This document shows positions 11,808 to 27,326 of a stretch of 64,000 nt of DNA, piece after piece; position 1 is the stretch's first letter, and each line of letters opens with the position of its first letter. Below the pieces are notes generated by a model. It did not search any database. It saw only the letters and a list, made by a program, of their open reading frames with translations, and had not been told where the DNA came from. The stretch is from Prorocentrum cordatum. Its lineage: Eukaryota. A program made the position numbers and the translations under genes. The stretch covers positions 1 through 64,000 of the forward strand of contig CAUYUJ010000123.1 of NCBI GenBank assembly GCA_963575745.1, given 5' to 3'.

Positions 11808-13009
11808 CGGTGGCGCTCCCTGTGGGGCCACGAAACGTGTGAGGGGTGTGCCGAAATGGGTGTGCGGGACGCATGCGGGCACACCCGCTGGGACCTTCGG
11901 TGGAGCTCCCTATGGGGCCACGAAACGTGTGAGGGATGCGCCGAAATGGGTGTGCGGGACGCATGCGGGCACACCCACTGGGACCTTCGGTGGAGCCCCC
12001 TACGGGGCCACGTCACGTGCGAGGGGTGCGCCGAATTGGGTGTGCGGGACGCATGCGGGCACACCCACTGGGGCCTTCGGTGGAGCTCCCTATGGGGCCA
12101 CGAAGCGTGTGAGGGGTCACGAAACGTGTCAGGGGTGTGCCGAATTCGGTGTGCGGGACGCATGCGGGCACACCCACTTGGGCCTTCGGTGGAGCTCCCT
12201 ATGGGGCCACGAAACGTGTGAAGAGTATGCCGAAATGAATGTGCGGGGCGCATGCGGGCACACCCACTGGGACCTTCGGCGGAATCTCTGTGGGGCCACG
12301 AAGCGTGTGAGGGGTGTGCCGAAATGGGTGTGCGGGACGCATGCGGGCGGCAGCACTGGGGCCTTCGGTGGAGCTCCCTATGGGGCCACGAAACTTGTGA
12401 GGGGTGTGCCGAAATGGGTGTGCGGGGCGCATACGGGCACACCCACCGGGACCTTTTCGGCGGAACTCCCTATGGGGCCACGACACGTGTGAGGGGTGTG
12501 CCGAATTGGGTGTGCGGGACGCATGCGGGCGGCAGCGCTGGGGCCTTCGGTGGAGCTCCCTATGGGGCCACGAAGCGTGAGGGGTGTGCCGAATTGGTGT
12601 GCGTGCGCATGCGGGCGCAAGCACTTGGGCCTTCGGTGGAGCTCCCTATGGGGCCACGAAACGTGTGAGGGGTGTGCCGACTTGGGCGTGCGTGACCCAT
12701 GCGGGCGGCAATGCTGGGACCTTCGGCGGAACTCCCTATGGGGCCACGACACGTGTGATGGGGTGTGCCGAATTGGGTGTGCGTGACGCATGCGGGCGGC
12801 AGCGCTGGGGCCTTCGGCGGAGCTCCCTATGGGGCCACGAAGCGTGTGAGGGGTGTGCCGAACTGGGTGTGCGTGGCGCGTGCGGGCGGCAGCACTGGGG
12901 CCTTCGGCGGAGCTCCTATGGTGCCACGAAGCGTGTGAGGGGTGTGCCGAATTGGGTGTGCGTGACGCATGCGGGCGGCAGCACTGGGGCCTTCGGCGGA
13001 GCTCCCTAT
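11808..13009. repeat. About 90-bp tandem repeat, about 13 copies
   Basis: Unit: ggtggagctccctatggggccacgaaacgtgtgaggggtgtgccgaaatgggtgtgcgggacgcatgcgggc... An inverted degenerate relative lies at about 28376-28750. Confidence 0.95.
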
Positions 13010-13251
13010 TGGTGAGGCGTCCTGGCTGTCTCTTCTGCGTATATTTCCTCTCGCCTTGGCGCGGGCCCCCCTTCCACTCCTTACGTTGTCCCCATCCTCG
13101 CCCCCCTGTTTGTTCCGCGCCCCGCCACCGCCTCCCCTTCCTGGTGCATGAGCGCGCATGTCGATGTTCCTCGGCCGCGTCGCCGCCACGGCCAGCACAG
13201 GCGCGTTCTCTTTACGGCACGTCGGCGCAGCCGTTTTTTTTTTTTTTTTTT

Positions 13252-13895
13252 ATAGGGCAAACCCCGCGGGCCAGGCAGGTCCGGGCAACCCCGCGAGCGC
13301 TGGCGCGCAAAGACCAAGCCGTTTTGGACAAACCGCGGGCTTCGACCGAGGCGCAGCCGCGACTCAAGGACGTCGCAGCACGAGCCCAGCCTCTGCCGCG
13401 AGCTGCTTCGCCTCCGCCCTGGACAACCGTTCTCTTGCCGAACTCCAGGAGCGCCTTCCGCAGGGACGCCGGCGGCCCGCACTCCAGGAACTCTCGCGGC
13501 GGCGGCCGCAGGATCAGCATGTTCCGCATGCACGTGGCGCGGGAGAACATGACGTAGAGGTGCAGCCACCACTGCTCGTACGACATGCCCGTGCGGCCAG
13601 CGTCCTCGTCTCTCGCGCAGTCGATGGTGACGCCCTTGCGCAGCGTCTGGCCCTGCGACAGCGTGGAGGTCAGGTAGGACGCGTGCGTCAGGGTGAACCC
13701 CGAGCGGCGCACGCTGTGCGCCCCCGAGCTCTGCCAAGTGAACTCCCTTTCGCTGGGCCTGAACATCAGCAAGCTCCGCGCCCGCGCCTCGGCCTGGCCG
13801 TCGTCGTCGGCGCCTTCGGCGCCCTGTCGCAGCACCTCGGCGACCTCCTGGTAGATCGGAGACTCCTTGAAGCCGTACACCTGCAGCCAGATTCC
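13252..13895 (-). pseudogene. C-terminal fragment of an SF1B Pif1-like helicase (Helitron RepHel-like)
   Basis: VRRSGFTLTHASYLTSTLSQGQTLRKGVTID...LYVMFSRATCMRNMLIL matches Pif1 motifs V and VI (R.QFPL..A.A.T.HKSQG.TL..V.ID...YV..SR). The upstream part is replaced by the 160-bp satellite. Confidence 0.75.
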
Positions 13896-14745
13896 TGACC
13901 CGCTCGGATTACCAACATGATCTGCGGGCCCCATAGGGAGGGAGCTCCCGCCTGAGACTTCCTCACAATTCACTCAGAGACGAGGCTCCCGCCTGAGACT
14001 TCCTCCAAATTCAGGCTTGACGAGCCCAAAAATTGCGACAGTTACAAGGTTCCGATGACCCGCTCGGCTTACCAACATGATCTGCGGGCCCCATAGGGAG
14101 GGGGCTCCCGCCTGAGCCTTCCTCAGAATTCACTCACAGACGAGGCCCCCGCCTGAGACTTCCTCCAAATTCAGGCTTGAGGAGCCAAAAAGTGACGACA
14201 GTTACAAGATCCCGATGACCCGCTCGGATTACCAACATGAACTGCGGGCCCCATAGGGAGGGAGCTCCCGCCCGAGACTTCCTCACAATTCACTCACAGA
14301 CGAGGCTCCCGCCTGAGACCCCCCCACCGCCCCTTGTCCCCCCCCCCCCTGTTTTCCCCCCTTCCTTTTGTCCCTTCCCCCCCCCCCCCCCCCCTCTTCT
14401 CCACTCTTTTTTTCTTCCACCCCCTCCCACCCCCCGTCCCCCCCCTACCCCTTTTTCTCCCAAATCAGGCTTGAGGAGCCCCAAAGGGACGACAGTTAAG
14501 GAGGTGGACCCCGCCCGGATTACCAATATGGAATGCGGGCCCCATAGGAGGGAACTCCCGCCTGAGCCTTCCTCCCAATTCACTCACAGACGAGGCTCCC
14601 GCCTGAGACTTCCTCCATTTTCAGGCTTGACGAGCCCAAAAGTGACGACAGTTACAGGTTTCCGATGACCCGCTCGGATTACCAACATGATCTGCGGGCC
14701 CCCTAGGGAGGGGGCTCCCGCCTGGGACTTCCTCACAATTTACTC
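13896..14745 (+). repeat. About 160-bp satellite, about 5 copies
   Basis: tgacccgctcggattaccaacatg recurs at about 13896, 14056, 14216, 14506 and 14666. Confidence 0.9.
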
Positions 14746-15043
14746 AACGATGATGAGGATGAGGATGATGAGTGGTGGTGAAGATGAGTGGTGAAGAGGA
14801 TGATGATTGCTTGTGAGTGGTGGTGGCGATGATGATGTTTGAATGAGGATGATGCCGATGCCGATGATGATGATGATGATGATGATGATGTTCGTGAGCG
14901 TGTGAGAGAGTGCGAGCGATGATGATGATGAGTATGTGAGTGACTAAGCATGTGAGAGAGCATCATCGATGATGCTGATGAGGTTGATGATGAGAGAGTG
15001 CGAGTGAGTGTGAGTGTGTGTGTGTGTGTGTGTGCGTGTTCCT
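14746..15043. repeat. (TGA)n and (TG)n microsatellite
   Basis: Direct inspection. Confidence 0.85.
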
Positions 15044-16288
15044 GTTCCTGCGCGGGGTGTCCAGAGAAAACAAGAACCCCACTTTGGATGTGGGGAACAA
15101 AGAAGTGCTTGCGAGCTTCCGTTTAAACGTGGTTCCGATCGGCTCCTGGGAGCATTCGTGGACAGAAAACTGTCGAGAGCCTATGGGGCTTCTAAGAACC
15201 TTCGCGAAAAAAGGCGTCTGAAATCATTTAATGAGAGCCTGTGCTCGCGCTTCTGAGAGCCTTCGAAATACAAAGGTTTCGCGCATGTTTCCTGACAAAA
15301 AACTTCTGGAAACAAGGCTTCGTATAAGCTGCTTAAACGGCTCAAGGGGCCCTCGAAAAAGGCCCCAAGACGGCCCAAGAAGGGCTTGCGCCAAGACGGC
15401 GCAAGAAGGCTCCAGAACGGGCCCAAGAGGCACCCGCAAGGGCTCCAAGACGGCCCAATAAGGGCCCAAGACGGCCCAGGAAGCCCCCAGGAGGCCCCAA
15501 GACGCCCCCAAGAGGCCCCCAAAGGCCCCAACTGTCCCCCAAGGACCCAAGACGGCCGCATCGGGCCAACAGCTCTGGGAATCTATGGGTCCCTCCCTCT
15601 TCCCCTCCCTCTTTCTCCCCCTTTCTTCCTCCCCCGTCTCCCTCCATCTCCCCCTGCCTCTCCCTCCATCCCTCCCCATTCCTCCCTCCCTCCATCTCTC
15701 CCTCTCTCCCCCTTCCTCTCCCTCTCCCTTCCGCCCCGTGGTCCCACAGACGGGGCTCGAAACACATGGGTTCCGCACACATGGGCTTCCACGCAAATCC
15801 GCCCATCCAACGTGTGAGTTTAAAAGATCCCGATCTTCAACTCAGCTCTGCTGGGGCTGTGGCCGGGGTGGGTCTGCCAAAAAAGAAAGGAGGGGGGAGG
15901 GAGGGAAGAAAAACATTTTGAACCGACCATTTAATTGATTCGTCCCGCCCGCCACCCTGGGGAACCCCTTTTCGTCTTGATTTCCCTATCCTAAGTATGT
16001 TCGGAACGTATCCGGGACCTTCCCAAAATGATCGGACGGGACCCGTCCCGGGACCCTCCCCAGGACCCTCCCCGAGACCGTCCCGGGACCCTCCCCAGGA
16101 CCCTCCCCCGGAACTCCTCCCCGGAACCCCCGGGCACCTCCCCGGGAGGAAACGCGCTCTTGGATGTCCCGAGCGGTCCCGGGCGCTCCCGGCCCGTCCC
16201 GGCCTTCCCGGGCGCGGTCCTGGGCGGTGCCAGACGCGGTGACGGGCAATCCCGAGCGCGATCCTGGACAGTCCCGGGCGCCACATCT

Positions 16289-16736
16289 CAATCACCATCA
16301 CAACCACCATCACCATCACCAGCATCATCATCAGCATCAGCATCATCATCCCCATCACCATCACCATCACCATGATCGCCATCATGGTCAGTGCCATGAT
16401 CAAAATCCTCCTCCTCCTCCTCCTCATCATCATCATCGTCATCATCAGCAGCATGATCGTCATCAACCTCATCATCAACATCATCATCAGCATCATCATC
16501 AACATCGCCACCACCACCAACATCATCATCGTCGTCATCATAATCATCATCATCGTCAGTAGCATCATCATTATCATCAGTAGCATCATCATCAGCAGCA
16601 CCATCGTCATCATCATCATCATCGTCATCGTCATCGTCGTCATCGTCGTCGTCGTCATCATCATCACCACCATCATCATCATCAACATCATCCTCATCAT
16701 CATCATCAGCATCATCATCGTCATCATCACAATCAT
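16289..16736. repeat. (CAT)n microsatellite
   Basis: Direct inspection. Confidence 0.95.
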
Positions 16737-16849
16737 CCGAAGCGCCCCGGATCGGCGGCACTGGCCAGAGGCCATTTCAATACAAAGGTTTCGCACATGT
16801 TTCTTGAAACAAACTTCTGGCAACAAGGCTTCGTATGAACTGCTTATAG

Positions 16850-17575
16850 TCTCGCCAGAAGCTTCTGGAATCCGCCGCAAAGGCTTCGTAGTGGCTTCTT
16901 AGAGGCGCCGGAGAAGAAGAAAAAACGGTTTCCCCAAAGTGTTCGGGAGACTTCTGAAAGACTTTTTCTGGAGTTTCCAGGAGGCTTCTGGGAGCTTTGT
17001 TGTAGAAGTTGCTTAGAGGTTTCTGAAACGACTTCCAGAGCCTTCGTAGAGGCTTCCTGGAAACGTCTGGAGGGCCTCTGCGAGCCTCCGTAGAGGCTGA
17101 TGAGAAGCTTCTGAAAACCGTCGTAAGGGGCTAGCGAAAGACTTCTCAGGGGCTTCTGAGAGGCTTCCGAGAACTTTCTGGGAGGATGCTGAACAAAAAA
17201 GCTTCCCCGAAGCTCCAGAGGGGCTTCCTAAAGGCTTCGCTGAAGCCTCTGAGAGGCTTTTGCGAGGCCCTGGCGAGGCTTCTGCGGTGCCTCTGACAAG
17301 CTTCTGCGAAGCGTTTGGAAGCAGTCGTAAAGGTTTCTGTGAAGTTTCTCGGAGCCATCCGAGGGGCTTCTGGATGGCTTCCGGGAGCCTTCGCAGAAGC
17401 TTTTGTGAGGCTTCTGAGAAGCTTCTTTTCGCCTCCTGAGAAGCTCCCGAGAAGCTGCTAGGAGGCGTCTGAGGGGCTTCCTAGAGGCTTCTGAGAGGCG
17501 AAGCTTATGCGGGGATTCTGCGAGGCCCCATGACAGGCTTCTGCGGAGTTTCTACGAGGCTTCCGCGAGGCCTCT
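16850..17575. repeat. Degenerate short-period gaggcttct/gaagcttct repeat
   Basis: Dozens of ggcttc motifs. Confidence 0.65.
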
Positions 17576-17589
17576 AACCAATACCCAGG

Positions 17590-17813
17590 CTGCTACGATT
17601 ACTACGACTACTACGGCTACTACTGTGACTACGGCCACGCCCACGATTACAACTACTACTCCTACTCCTACGACTGCGACGACGACGACTACTACTACAA
17701 CGATTACGATTACTATGACTATTATTACTACTACTACTAGTACTACTACGGCTACTACGAGACTGCTACTACTACCACTACTACGACTGGTAGTACTACT
17801 ATTACTACTACGT

Positions 17814-17858
<45 letters not shown>

Positions 17859-18273
17859 TTACTTCGGCGACGACTACTCCTACTACTAATATTATTGACT
17901 ACTACGGCTGCTACTACTACTTCCTGTTATTGCTACTACTACCAGTACTACGAGTACTCCTACCACTACTACGACTGCTATCACTACTACTACTACTGCT
18001 ACTGCTACTAATACTGAATATATACTTCGCATTCGTCTTCTGATATGTTTTCAACGACTACTATACACATTGCAAATGGGTCTAGGCCTGAGGGCGAGGA
18101 CCACGCCTACTTCTACGACTACTGCTGCTACTCGTACTGCTGCTACTCCTACGACTACTACTACTACTACTACTACTACTACGGCGTACGTCTACTACTT
18201 CTACCGTTACTATACTCTCTTACTGTTAATACTACCGCTACTACTATCACTACTACGACTACTACGACTACTG

Positions 18274-18305
<32 letters not shown>

Positions 18306-18416
18306 GCTCGTACTGCTACTATTAATACGGCTGCTAGCACGACAACAACAACAACAACTACTACTACTACTCCTGCTTCGACTACGGCCACTGCTACTTC
18401 TGTCACAACTACTATG

Positions 18417-18455
<39 letters not shown>

Positions 18456-18783
18456 GCTGCTAAAGACTACTTCTACTACTACTACTACTACTACTGCTAC
18501 TACCACTACAACTACTACTAGCTCTACTCCGACCACTACTAATACTACTGCTGCTGCTGCTGCTACTACTACTACTACTACTATGACAAACGGTACTACT
18601 ACGCTTGTGACCATTCGTAGACATGGCACCGCCGACTACTACTACTGCGTGCTGTCGACCGACACGAATACAATTACTCTTACTACTTCCACTGCGTCGA
18701 CCATTACGAGCACCATCTGTACTACTACGACACCGGCTGCGATTACAACCGCTATGGTTACAACGACTATTGCCACTACTATG

Positions 18784-18824
<41 letters not shown>

Positions 18825-19297
18825 AACAACTACTACGGCTACTGCTAGTATCGCGCAATCTTCTACTAATGCGACGACTACTGCTACTACTACTTCTATG
18901 ACTACTCCTACTACGACTACTCCTACAGCTACGACTGCGACTACGACTACGACAACTACGACTCTTACCACTACGACTTTTGCCACTACTATAACTACGA
19001 CTACTACTACTACTACGACGACGACAACCACCACTTGAACTACTATGACTACTACTACGACTTCTGCTACGATTCTAATACGACTGCTACGACTACTTTT
19101 GCAACAACTACTAGACTTGCTACCACTATTACCACGACTTCAATTACTCCGAGTCCTACTGCTAATGCTACTGCTACTACTACTACTACTTTCTGATGTC
19201 GATTATTCTTACTACTGGAACTACTTCTACTGCGACTACTACTACTGCTACTACTACTACTACTACTAGAACTACTACAACTACTACGACAACAACA

Positions 19298-19342
<45 letters not shown>

Positions 19343-19429
19343 GGTACCATTGCAACCTCTACGACTATCACTACTCCTATTGCTACTAGTGGTACTCGGC
19401 TACGAGGACTACTGCTACTGCTACTGCTG

Positions 19430-19461
<32 letters not shown>

Positions 19462-19600
19462 GCTGCGACTACTACTACTGCTGCTGCTACTACTACTACT
19501 ACTACTACGACTACTACTACTACTACTACTACTATTACTACTGCTAATGTTACTGCTACCACTGCTACTACTGCTACTACTACTACTACTATTACTACTT
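17590..19600. repeat. Degenerate (CTA)n microsatellite, about 2 kb
   Basis: Direct inspection. Confidence 0.95.
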
Positions 19601-20544
19601 GTATTTTTTACTTATACAACTGCTTCGACACTACCTTGTTGATCTTGCGTGTATGTTCCGTTCACGTTTGTTTCGTATGTGTTTCGCTTACGTAGCGTAT
19701 CGCCATCACAGGCATCACGATCATCAACCTCATCTCCGATACCTGCATCATCACCGCGATTACGTCGAAGCTCCATAATAGCAGAGCGCACTGAAATTGT
19801 ATTTTTTCCCCGACTCGCCCAAGATCAGGATCAAAGCGTACCCTTGTAAACAACCCTCTTGAAACCAGAAATATCTTAAACAATGCTGATCATAATAATC
19901 GGCAAAAAGACATCCGAAATTGGTGGCGCTGTCGGCGGGATTGACCCCAATTGGCCGGGATTTGCCCCGACTCGCCGGGATTTGCCCCTCTACCGCTTCG
20001 GAGCCCGGGCTGACCCCGGGCCCCGAAAAAGGGGGGGATGGGGGGGTAGTTTCCAAGCTCCCCACCGCTTGAGCTAGGGCCCCCCCAGCTAAACAATGCC
20101 AGCAAAAAGGGGTGGAGGGGGGGGAGGTTCGGAATCCCCCCCCTTTTTCCCTTTCCAAGTGAGGGGGTGGGGGGGCGATTGAAGCTGGGGCCCCCGGGGC
20201 CCCCCTTTTAGTCAGGAGTGTCCCACGGGCGTGCGCTTTCTTATACATATACACAGGTATGAATGTATATACATACTTAAAAATATAGATATGTGTGTGC
20301 GTGTGGATGTGTGTGTGTGTGTGTCTCTGTCTGTCTGTCTCTCTCTCTCTCTCTTTCTCTTTGTGTTCTCTCTCTCTCTCTTTCACTCTCTCTCTCTCTC
20401 TTTCTCTCTCGCTCTCCTCCCTTGAGATGAGACATAGGCATCATGGGGGGATCTCCTTCACCATCGATGCCTTCCTCTGGCGGTGCTTCTCCAGAGCCTC
20501 AGCGGGTTGAGAGGAGGAGGCAGGGCGGAAGATGCAGGCGGGAA

Positions 20545-20676
20545 CTGGCCATCGCTCGGACGTCCATTTCCTGTGCTTTTTGTCGGTTTCGTGCGTGGTT
20601 TTTCCCCGAAGTGATCAAGGATGCTCCTCGATGGTCCTCGCCGAAGGAAAAACGCACACGTCCGAGCGATACCAAG
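20545..20676 (+). mobile_element. About 130-bp MITE family B (4-bp TSD), copy 1
   Basis: TIR ctggccatcgctcggacgt / acgtccgagcgataccaag; TSD ggaa/ggaa. Confidence 0.8.
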
Positions 20677-21336
20677 GGAATCAATTTGCAGGAGGCAGGA
20701 GGGTGCAAAGGGGCAAGGACGAAGGGCGAGGAAGCCGCTGGAGCCTGGATCCAGAAGAGAGGAGGCGAGGCGGCGGAGAAGAACAGAGGCACGGAGGAGG
20801 AGGACAGCTGAACCCAGCAGGAGAGGGGCAGGAGGGGGCAGGGAGGAGGAGTGACAGGCCGACGGCGAGAAAACGACTGCGATGACGAAAACCACGGCGA
20901 CGACGGCGAACTGGAGTGCGAAGACGACGATGGCGACGACGACGACGAAGACGAGAGCGCCGCTGACGACTGTGAAGACGATGGAAACGACAGCGACGGC
21001 GACGGCGATCATAGCGTCGACGAAAGCCAAGTCACTTCCGTCGCCGTCTCGGCCGTCGTCGCCGTCGTTTTCGCCGCCGCTGCCGCCGCTCTCCTCGGCA
21101 CCTCGGCCGCCGTCGCTGTCGCCGTCGCGCCGTGGCTCTCGTCGCCGCCGACGGCGGCGGCAGTGGGGAAGCCAAGAGGTACCCGTCGTTCATGTCCAAT
21201 CTCGTGCTCATCTCTGATTGTGCTCGTTTCTAATTGATCCTGGCCCCCTAGTGGCCAGGAAGAGGCCCAGGATAGAACGATTAGAGATGAGAGGATCTCG
21301 CCCCCACTAAAACATCCAAGACCTTCCGAATAGTTA

Positions 21337-21549
21337 TTTGGACACCCGAAATGGGTACCGAAAGAATGGGTACAATGCCCAACAACAAATGTTGTCCCAA
21401 ACCAACAGCGGCCGCTGTTGGGCAGGCGGCCTTCTGTCTCGAATGGACACAGGCCGCGGCGGCGTGGACAGCGAATCCTGTTCAGAATGAACAGGAACTG
21501 CTGTTGGACATCGTACCCATTCTTTCCGTGCCCATCTCGGGCGTCCAGA
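21337..21549. mobile_element. MITE with about 45-bp TIRs and 5-bp TSD
   Basis: tttggacacccgaaatgggtaccgaaagaatgggtac / gtacccattctttccgtgcccatctcgggcgtccaga; TSD agtta/agtta. Confidence 0.8.
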
Positions 21550-22449
21550 AGTTAGGCATGAACAGTGTGTGCCGCTGCCGCTGCTCCCCGGACCTCTCCC
21601 GGGGTGCGCTCTGACCAGCACTTCGGGGCGAATCCAGCGAGGGGCGACGAGGGCCTCCCCCCAAGGCCTAAAAAGAGAGAGAAGCACGGCCGACAAATAG
21701 CAATAAGGAATGCCTTTCCCTCGTCCGAGACGGGGCTCGGCGGCGAGCCCTGGGGGGCCAGGTGAGAAGGGGCGGGCCTTCTCAGAAGGCTCGGAAGCCC
21801 CCCGGCCTCATGAAAAGCTACCTGAGCCTTCCCCGAAGAGGCACAGAAAACCTCTCAGAGGGCGCGAGGGCTTCTGAGGAGTCCCGCCGCCTTCTGAGAA
21901 AGCCTTCTCCTTCTCGGACGCCTGGCGGTTTTGGCGTCCTAACTCGGCTCTCCGGTGGCCGTTCGGGACGATCCGGGCACCCCCGGAACGCCATCGGCGA
22001 GGCGCAGCCGCTGGAGAGCACCCCGAGGCTGGAAAAGCGCCGAGAACCGACGAAAACGTCTGAAGACATCGAACCTCGAGCCCGGAACTTCCCCCAAGGC
22101 CACGCGAACGGCGATGTTGCTTAACGGTGATGTTGGAAACCGAAATGTAGGAAATCACGAACCACACTTTCCTACATTTCCGATCTGCGCATGTATCGAA
22201 CGAAAACGACACAGCGAATTGTGGGAAAACGCGAGCCACGCGTTCCCAGAATACCGAAGCCTACATCGCCGTGACCTGCATCACCGTTAGCGTTAAGTCG
22301 GGCGTGTTTTGACGAGAAATCATGAATACCCCAAAAATACTCCAAAATAGCCAAACAAATCTTCAAACAAAAGTCCCCTGACAATTTTTGACTATGTTCG
22401 AACATTCTCCCTGTAGAAAAACACGCCCGACGTAACGTTAGCGCGTCTA

Positions 22450-22637
22450 CGGCAGGTTCGTGTCGTGCCGACCCTGGCGTTGGTTCCTGACACCGCAGGG
22501 ATCATTCAACCTGGAACGATCGGCCGCTGCCGCAACGTCCGATCGTTCAACATCGACCGATTCTGGGTCGCCGGCGGCGTTCAACCTTGAACGTCCGCGC
22601 TGGGGTCGCCGCTGGTCGACACGACGCAAACCTACCG
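22450..22637 (+). mobile_element. About 190-bp MITE family C (TA-flanked), copy 1; others at 28934-29119 and 30961-31154
   Basis: TIR cggcaggttcgtgtcgtgccgacc / ggtcgacacgacgcaaacctaccg, flanked by TA. Confidence 0.75.
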
Positions 22638-22654
22638 TACGGTTCCCCCCTCTC

Positions 22655-22817
22655 TGAAGGGGCCCCAGGACACACAAATAAATACACACAAATACAAATA
22701 TTCTCCATATTTCCCCATATTTTCTGGGTTTCTGTCTTCCCGCCCACTTCCCATATTTTCCCATATTTTCTGGGAAATGGAAGATTAATTGTGTCTGTGT
22801 GTTTCTTTTCCTCCTGA
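22655..22817 (+). mobile_element. About 163-bp dispersed element family A (TGAAGGGG...CCTCCTGA, 5-bp TSD), copy 1
   Basis: TSD ctctc/ctctc; 7 similar copies in the window. Confidence 0.85.
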
Positions 22818-22969
22818 CTCTCGCTGTCCCCCCCCCCCCCCTGCCCTCGCCGACCCGAGAGACGGGGCGCCTCGCCCATCAGGCTGGCGTTGCACACGCC
22901 GTAGGGCAGCGGGTCCTCCCAGCTGCGGCCCTCCAGCGCCTCGCGCCGCGCATCCCCCGCCGCCGGGGA

Positions 22970-23019
<50 letters not shown>

Positions 23020-23224
23020 ACGACGACGGCGACGGCGCCGACGACGACGACGACGACGCCGACGACGGCGGCGGCGGTGGTCGGCGGTAGACGGCGACGG
23101 CGGCGGCGGTGGTCGGCGGTAGACGGCGACGCCGCCGGGAAGGATCAGGGCGAGGACGGCCGCCGCTGCTCGCCCTCGTCGCCGCCGTCTACCGCCGCTC
23201 CTCGTCGCCGCCGTCTACCGCCGC

Positions 23225-23255
<31 letters not shown>

Positions 23256-23671
23256 TGTCGTCGTCGCCGTCGTCTTCGCTCGTGGTCGTGGTCGTGGTCG
23301 TGGTCGCGGTCGTGGTCGTGGTCGTCTTCGTCGTTCGTGGCCGCCGTCGTCACCGCCGCCGCCTCCGTCGGTCGGGCGCGCGCTGACGTGGACAGCAGAT
23401 CCTTGGACCTGGCGCGTGGGCGCCAGATCCACGGATCGGGGAAGGGCCCCCCCGATGTGGCGACGGAGCGCGCCGATGCCGCACGCCGCCTGAAATCCAT
23501 GTCTGCGGCTCCTCGGGCCGTTGGTGCGTGCAAGAGGGTGGTTCCCAAATCATGGACCGAGGCACGTTTGCGGACGAGTGGGGGCCAGGGGCCGTCTTAA
23601 AGAAGTCGTAGAGAACAGACAAACTACGGACAAAACTAGAACATAATCGTGAGCCAGAGAAGACGGGCAAA

Positions 23672-25390
<1,719 letters not shown>

Positions 25391-25454
25391 AGAAAATAAT
25401 AATTACTCCGACGGTAGGACCCCGCATGATAATATGTTTAGCTTGCCTCGGGAT

Positions 25455-26000
25455 CACTCCTGCCTCATCCTTCTCCTCCTGCCTGATCCTGCCTGCTCCT
25501 CCTCCTGCCTCAACCCCTGCCTCCTCCTCCTCTTGCCTCCTCCACGACCTCCTCCTCCTTTTCCTCCTCCTCGTTATGCCTACTCCCCCCATTCCCCCTG
25601 TTCCTCCTGCCTCCTGCGTCCTCCTCCTCCTGCTTTCCCTCTCCCTCCTCCTCCTCTTCCTCCTTCTCCTCCTTTTCCTCCTCCCCTCTCCCGCCTCCTC
25701 TTCTCCCTCTCCCTCCTCCGCCTACTCCTCCTCGACTCCATCTTCCTCCTCCTCCTCCTCTCCCTCCTCCTCCTGCCTCCTCCTTGGCCTCCTGCCTCCT
25801 CCTGGGGCCTCTTGGGGCCTCCTGGAGCCTTCTGGGCCTCCCGGGACATCCTGGGGCCTCCTAAGGCACTCCTCTTCCTCCTTGTCCTCCTCGTCCTTCT
25901 CGCCCTCTGCCTCCTCCTCCTCTTCCTCCTTCTCTTTCTCGTCCTGCATCCTCCTCTTCTTCGTCCTCCTCCTCCTCCTCCTCCTCCTCCTCCTCCTCTT
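25455..26000. repeat. Degenerate (CCT)n tract
   Basis: Direct inspection. Confidence 0.85.
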
Positions 26001-26123
26001 CTCGTGCGGGACACGACCCAGAGGAAACGCACGACGTGCGTCCCAAGAGATACACGCGGGAGACCCAGGGGAAGCGCGCGCTGGAGGACGTCCTAGAGTA
26101 CGACCCGGAGGAAGCAGGGGAGG

Positions 26124-27102
26124 TGCGGGCCCCATAGGGAGGGTGCTCCCGCCTGAGACTTCCTCGCAATTCACTCACAAACGAATGAATTGCGAGGAAG
26201 TCTCAGGGCCCCATAAGGGTGCTCCCGCCTGAGACGTCCTCACAGTTCACTCAGAGACGAGGCTCCCGCCTGATACTCTCCCCAAATTCAAGCCTCAAGA
26301 GCCCAAAATTGACGACAATTACACGGGTGAGGATGACCCGCTCGGATTACCAACATGAAATGCGGGCCCCATACGGAGGGGGCTCCCGCTTGAGACTACC
26401 TCACAATTCACTCACAGACGAGGCCCCCGCCTGATACTTCCATATTCAGGCCTGAGGAGCGCAAAAGTGACGACAGTTACACGGGTGAGGATGACCCGCT
26501 CGGATTAAAAACATAAAATGCGGGCCCCATAGGGAGGGGGCTCCCGCCTGAGATTTCCCCACAGTTCACTCACAGACGAGGCTCCCCGCCTGATAATTCC
26601 CCCATATTCAGACCTCATGAGCCCAAACATGACGACAAATACAGGGGTGAGGATGACCCGCTCGGATTGAAAACATGAAGTGCGGGCCCCATCGGGAGGG
26701 GGCTCCCGCCTGAGACTTCCTCATAGTTTACTCACAGACGAGGCTCCCGCCTGATACATTCCCTATATTCAAGCCTCAGGAACCCAGAAGTGACGACAAT
26801 TACAGGGGTGAGGATGACCCGCTCGGATTGAAAACATGAAGTGCGGGCCCCATCGGGAGGGGGACTCCAGCCTGAGACTTCCTAGCAATTCACTCACAGA
26901 CGAGCCTCCCGGTTGATACTTCCACCGTATTCAAACCTCAGTCGCCCACAATTGACGACAATTACACGGGTGAGGATGACCCGCTCGGATTACCAACATA
27001 GAGTGCGGGCCCCATAGGGAAGGGGCTCCCGCCTGAGACTTCCTCGCAATTCACTCACAGAGGAGGCTCCCGCCTGAGACTTTCTCCAAAGTCAGGCCTC
27101 AG
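26124..27102 (+). repeat. About 160-bp satellite, second array (about 6 copies), same family as 13896-14745
   Basis: gatgacccgctcggatt recurs at about 26333, 26489, 26652, 26813 and 26975. Confidence 0.9.
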
Positions 27103-27272
27103 AGATCCTGCGCGGGGTGTCCAGAGAAAATGATGCTGAGTGATGAGAGAAAGTGTGTGTGTGTGTGATGTGCGACTGAATATGATGATGATGGCGGTGG
27201 TGGTGATGCTGCTGCTGCTGCTGCTGATGATGATGATCGATGGTGACGGTGATCGATGGTGACTGACTGAGA

Positions 27273-27326
<54 letters not shown>

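Noticed and set aside
11808..13009. CRISPR-like array
   Set aside because: Units are similar along their whole length with no unique spacers, there are no cas genes, and the context is eukaryotic. It is a minisatellite.
14320..14460. C/T-rich insert in a satellite unit as a distinct element
   Set aside because: It is low-complexity with no termini or TSD, and may be low-quality sequence.
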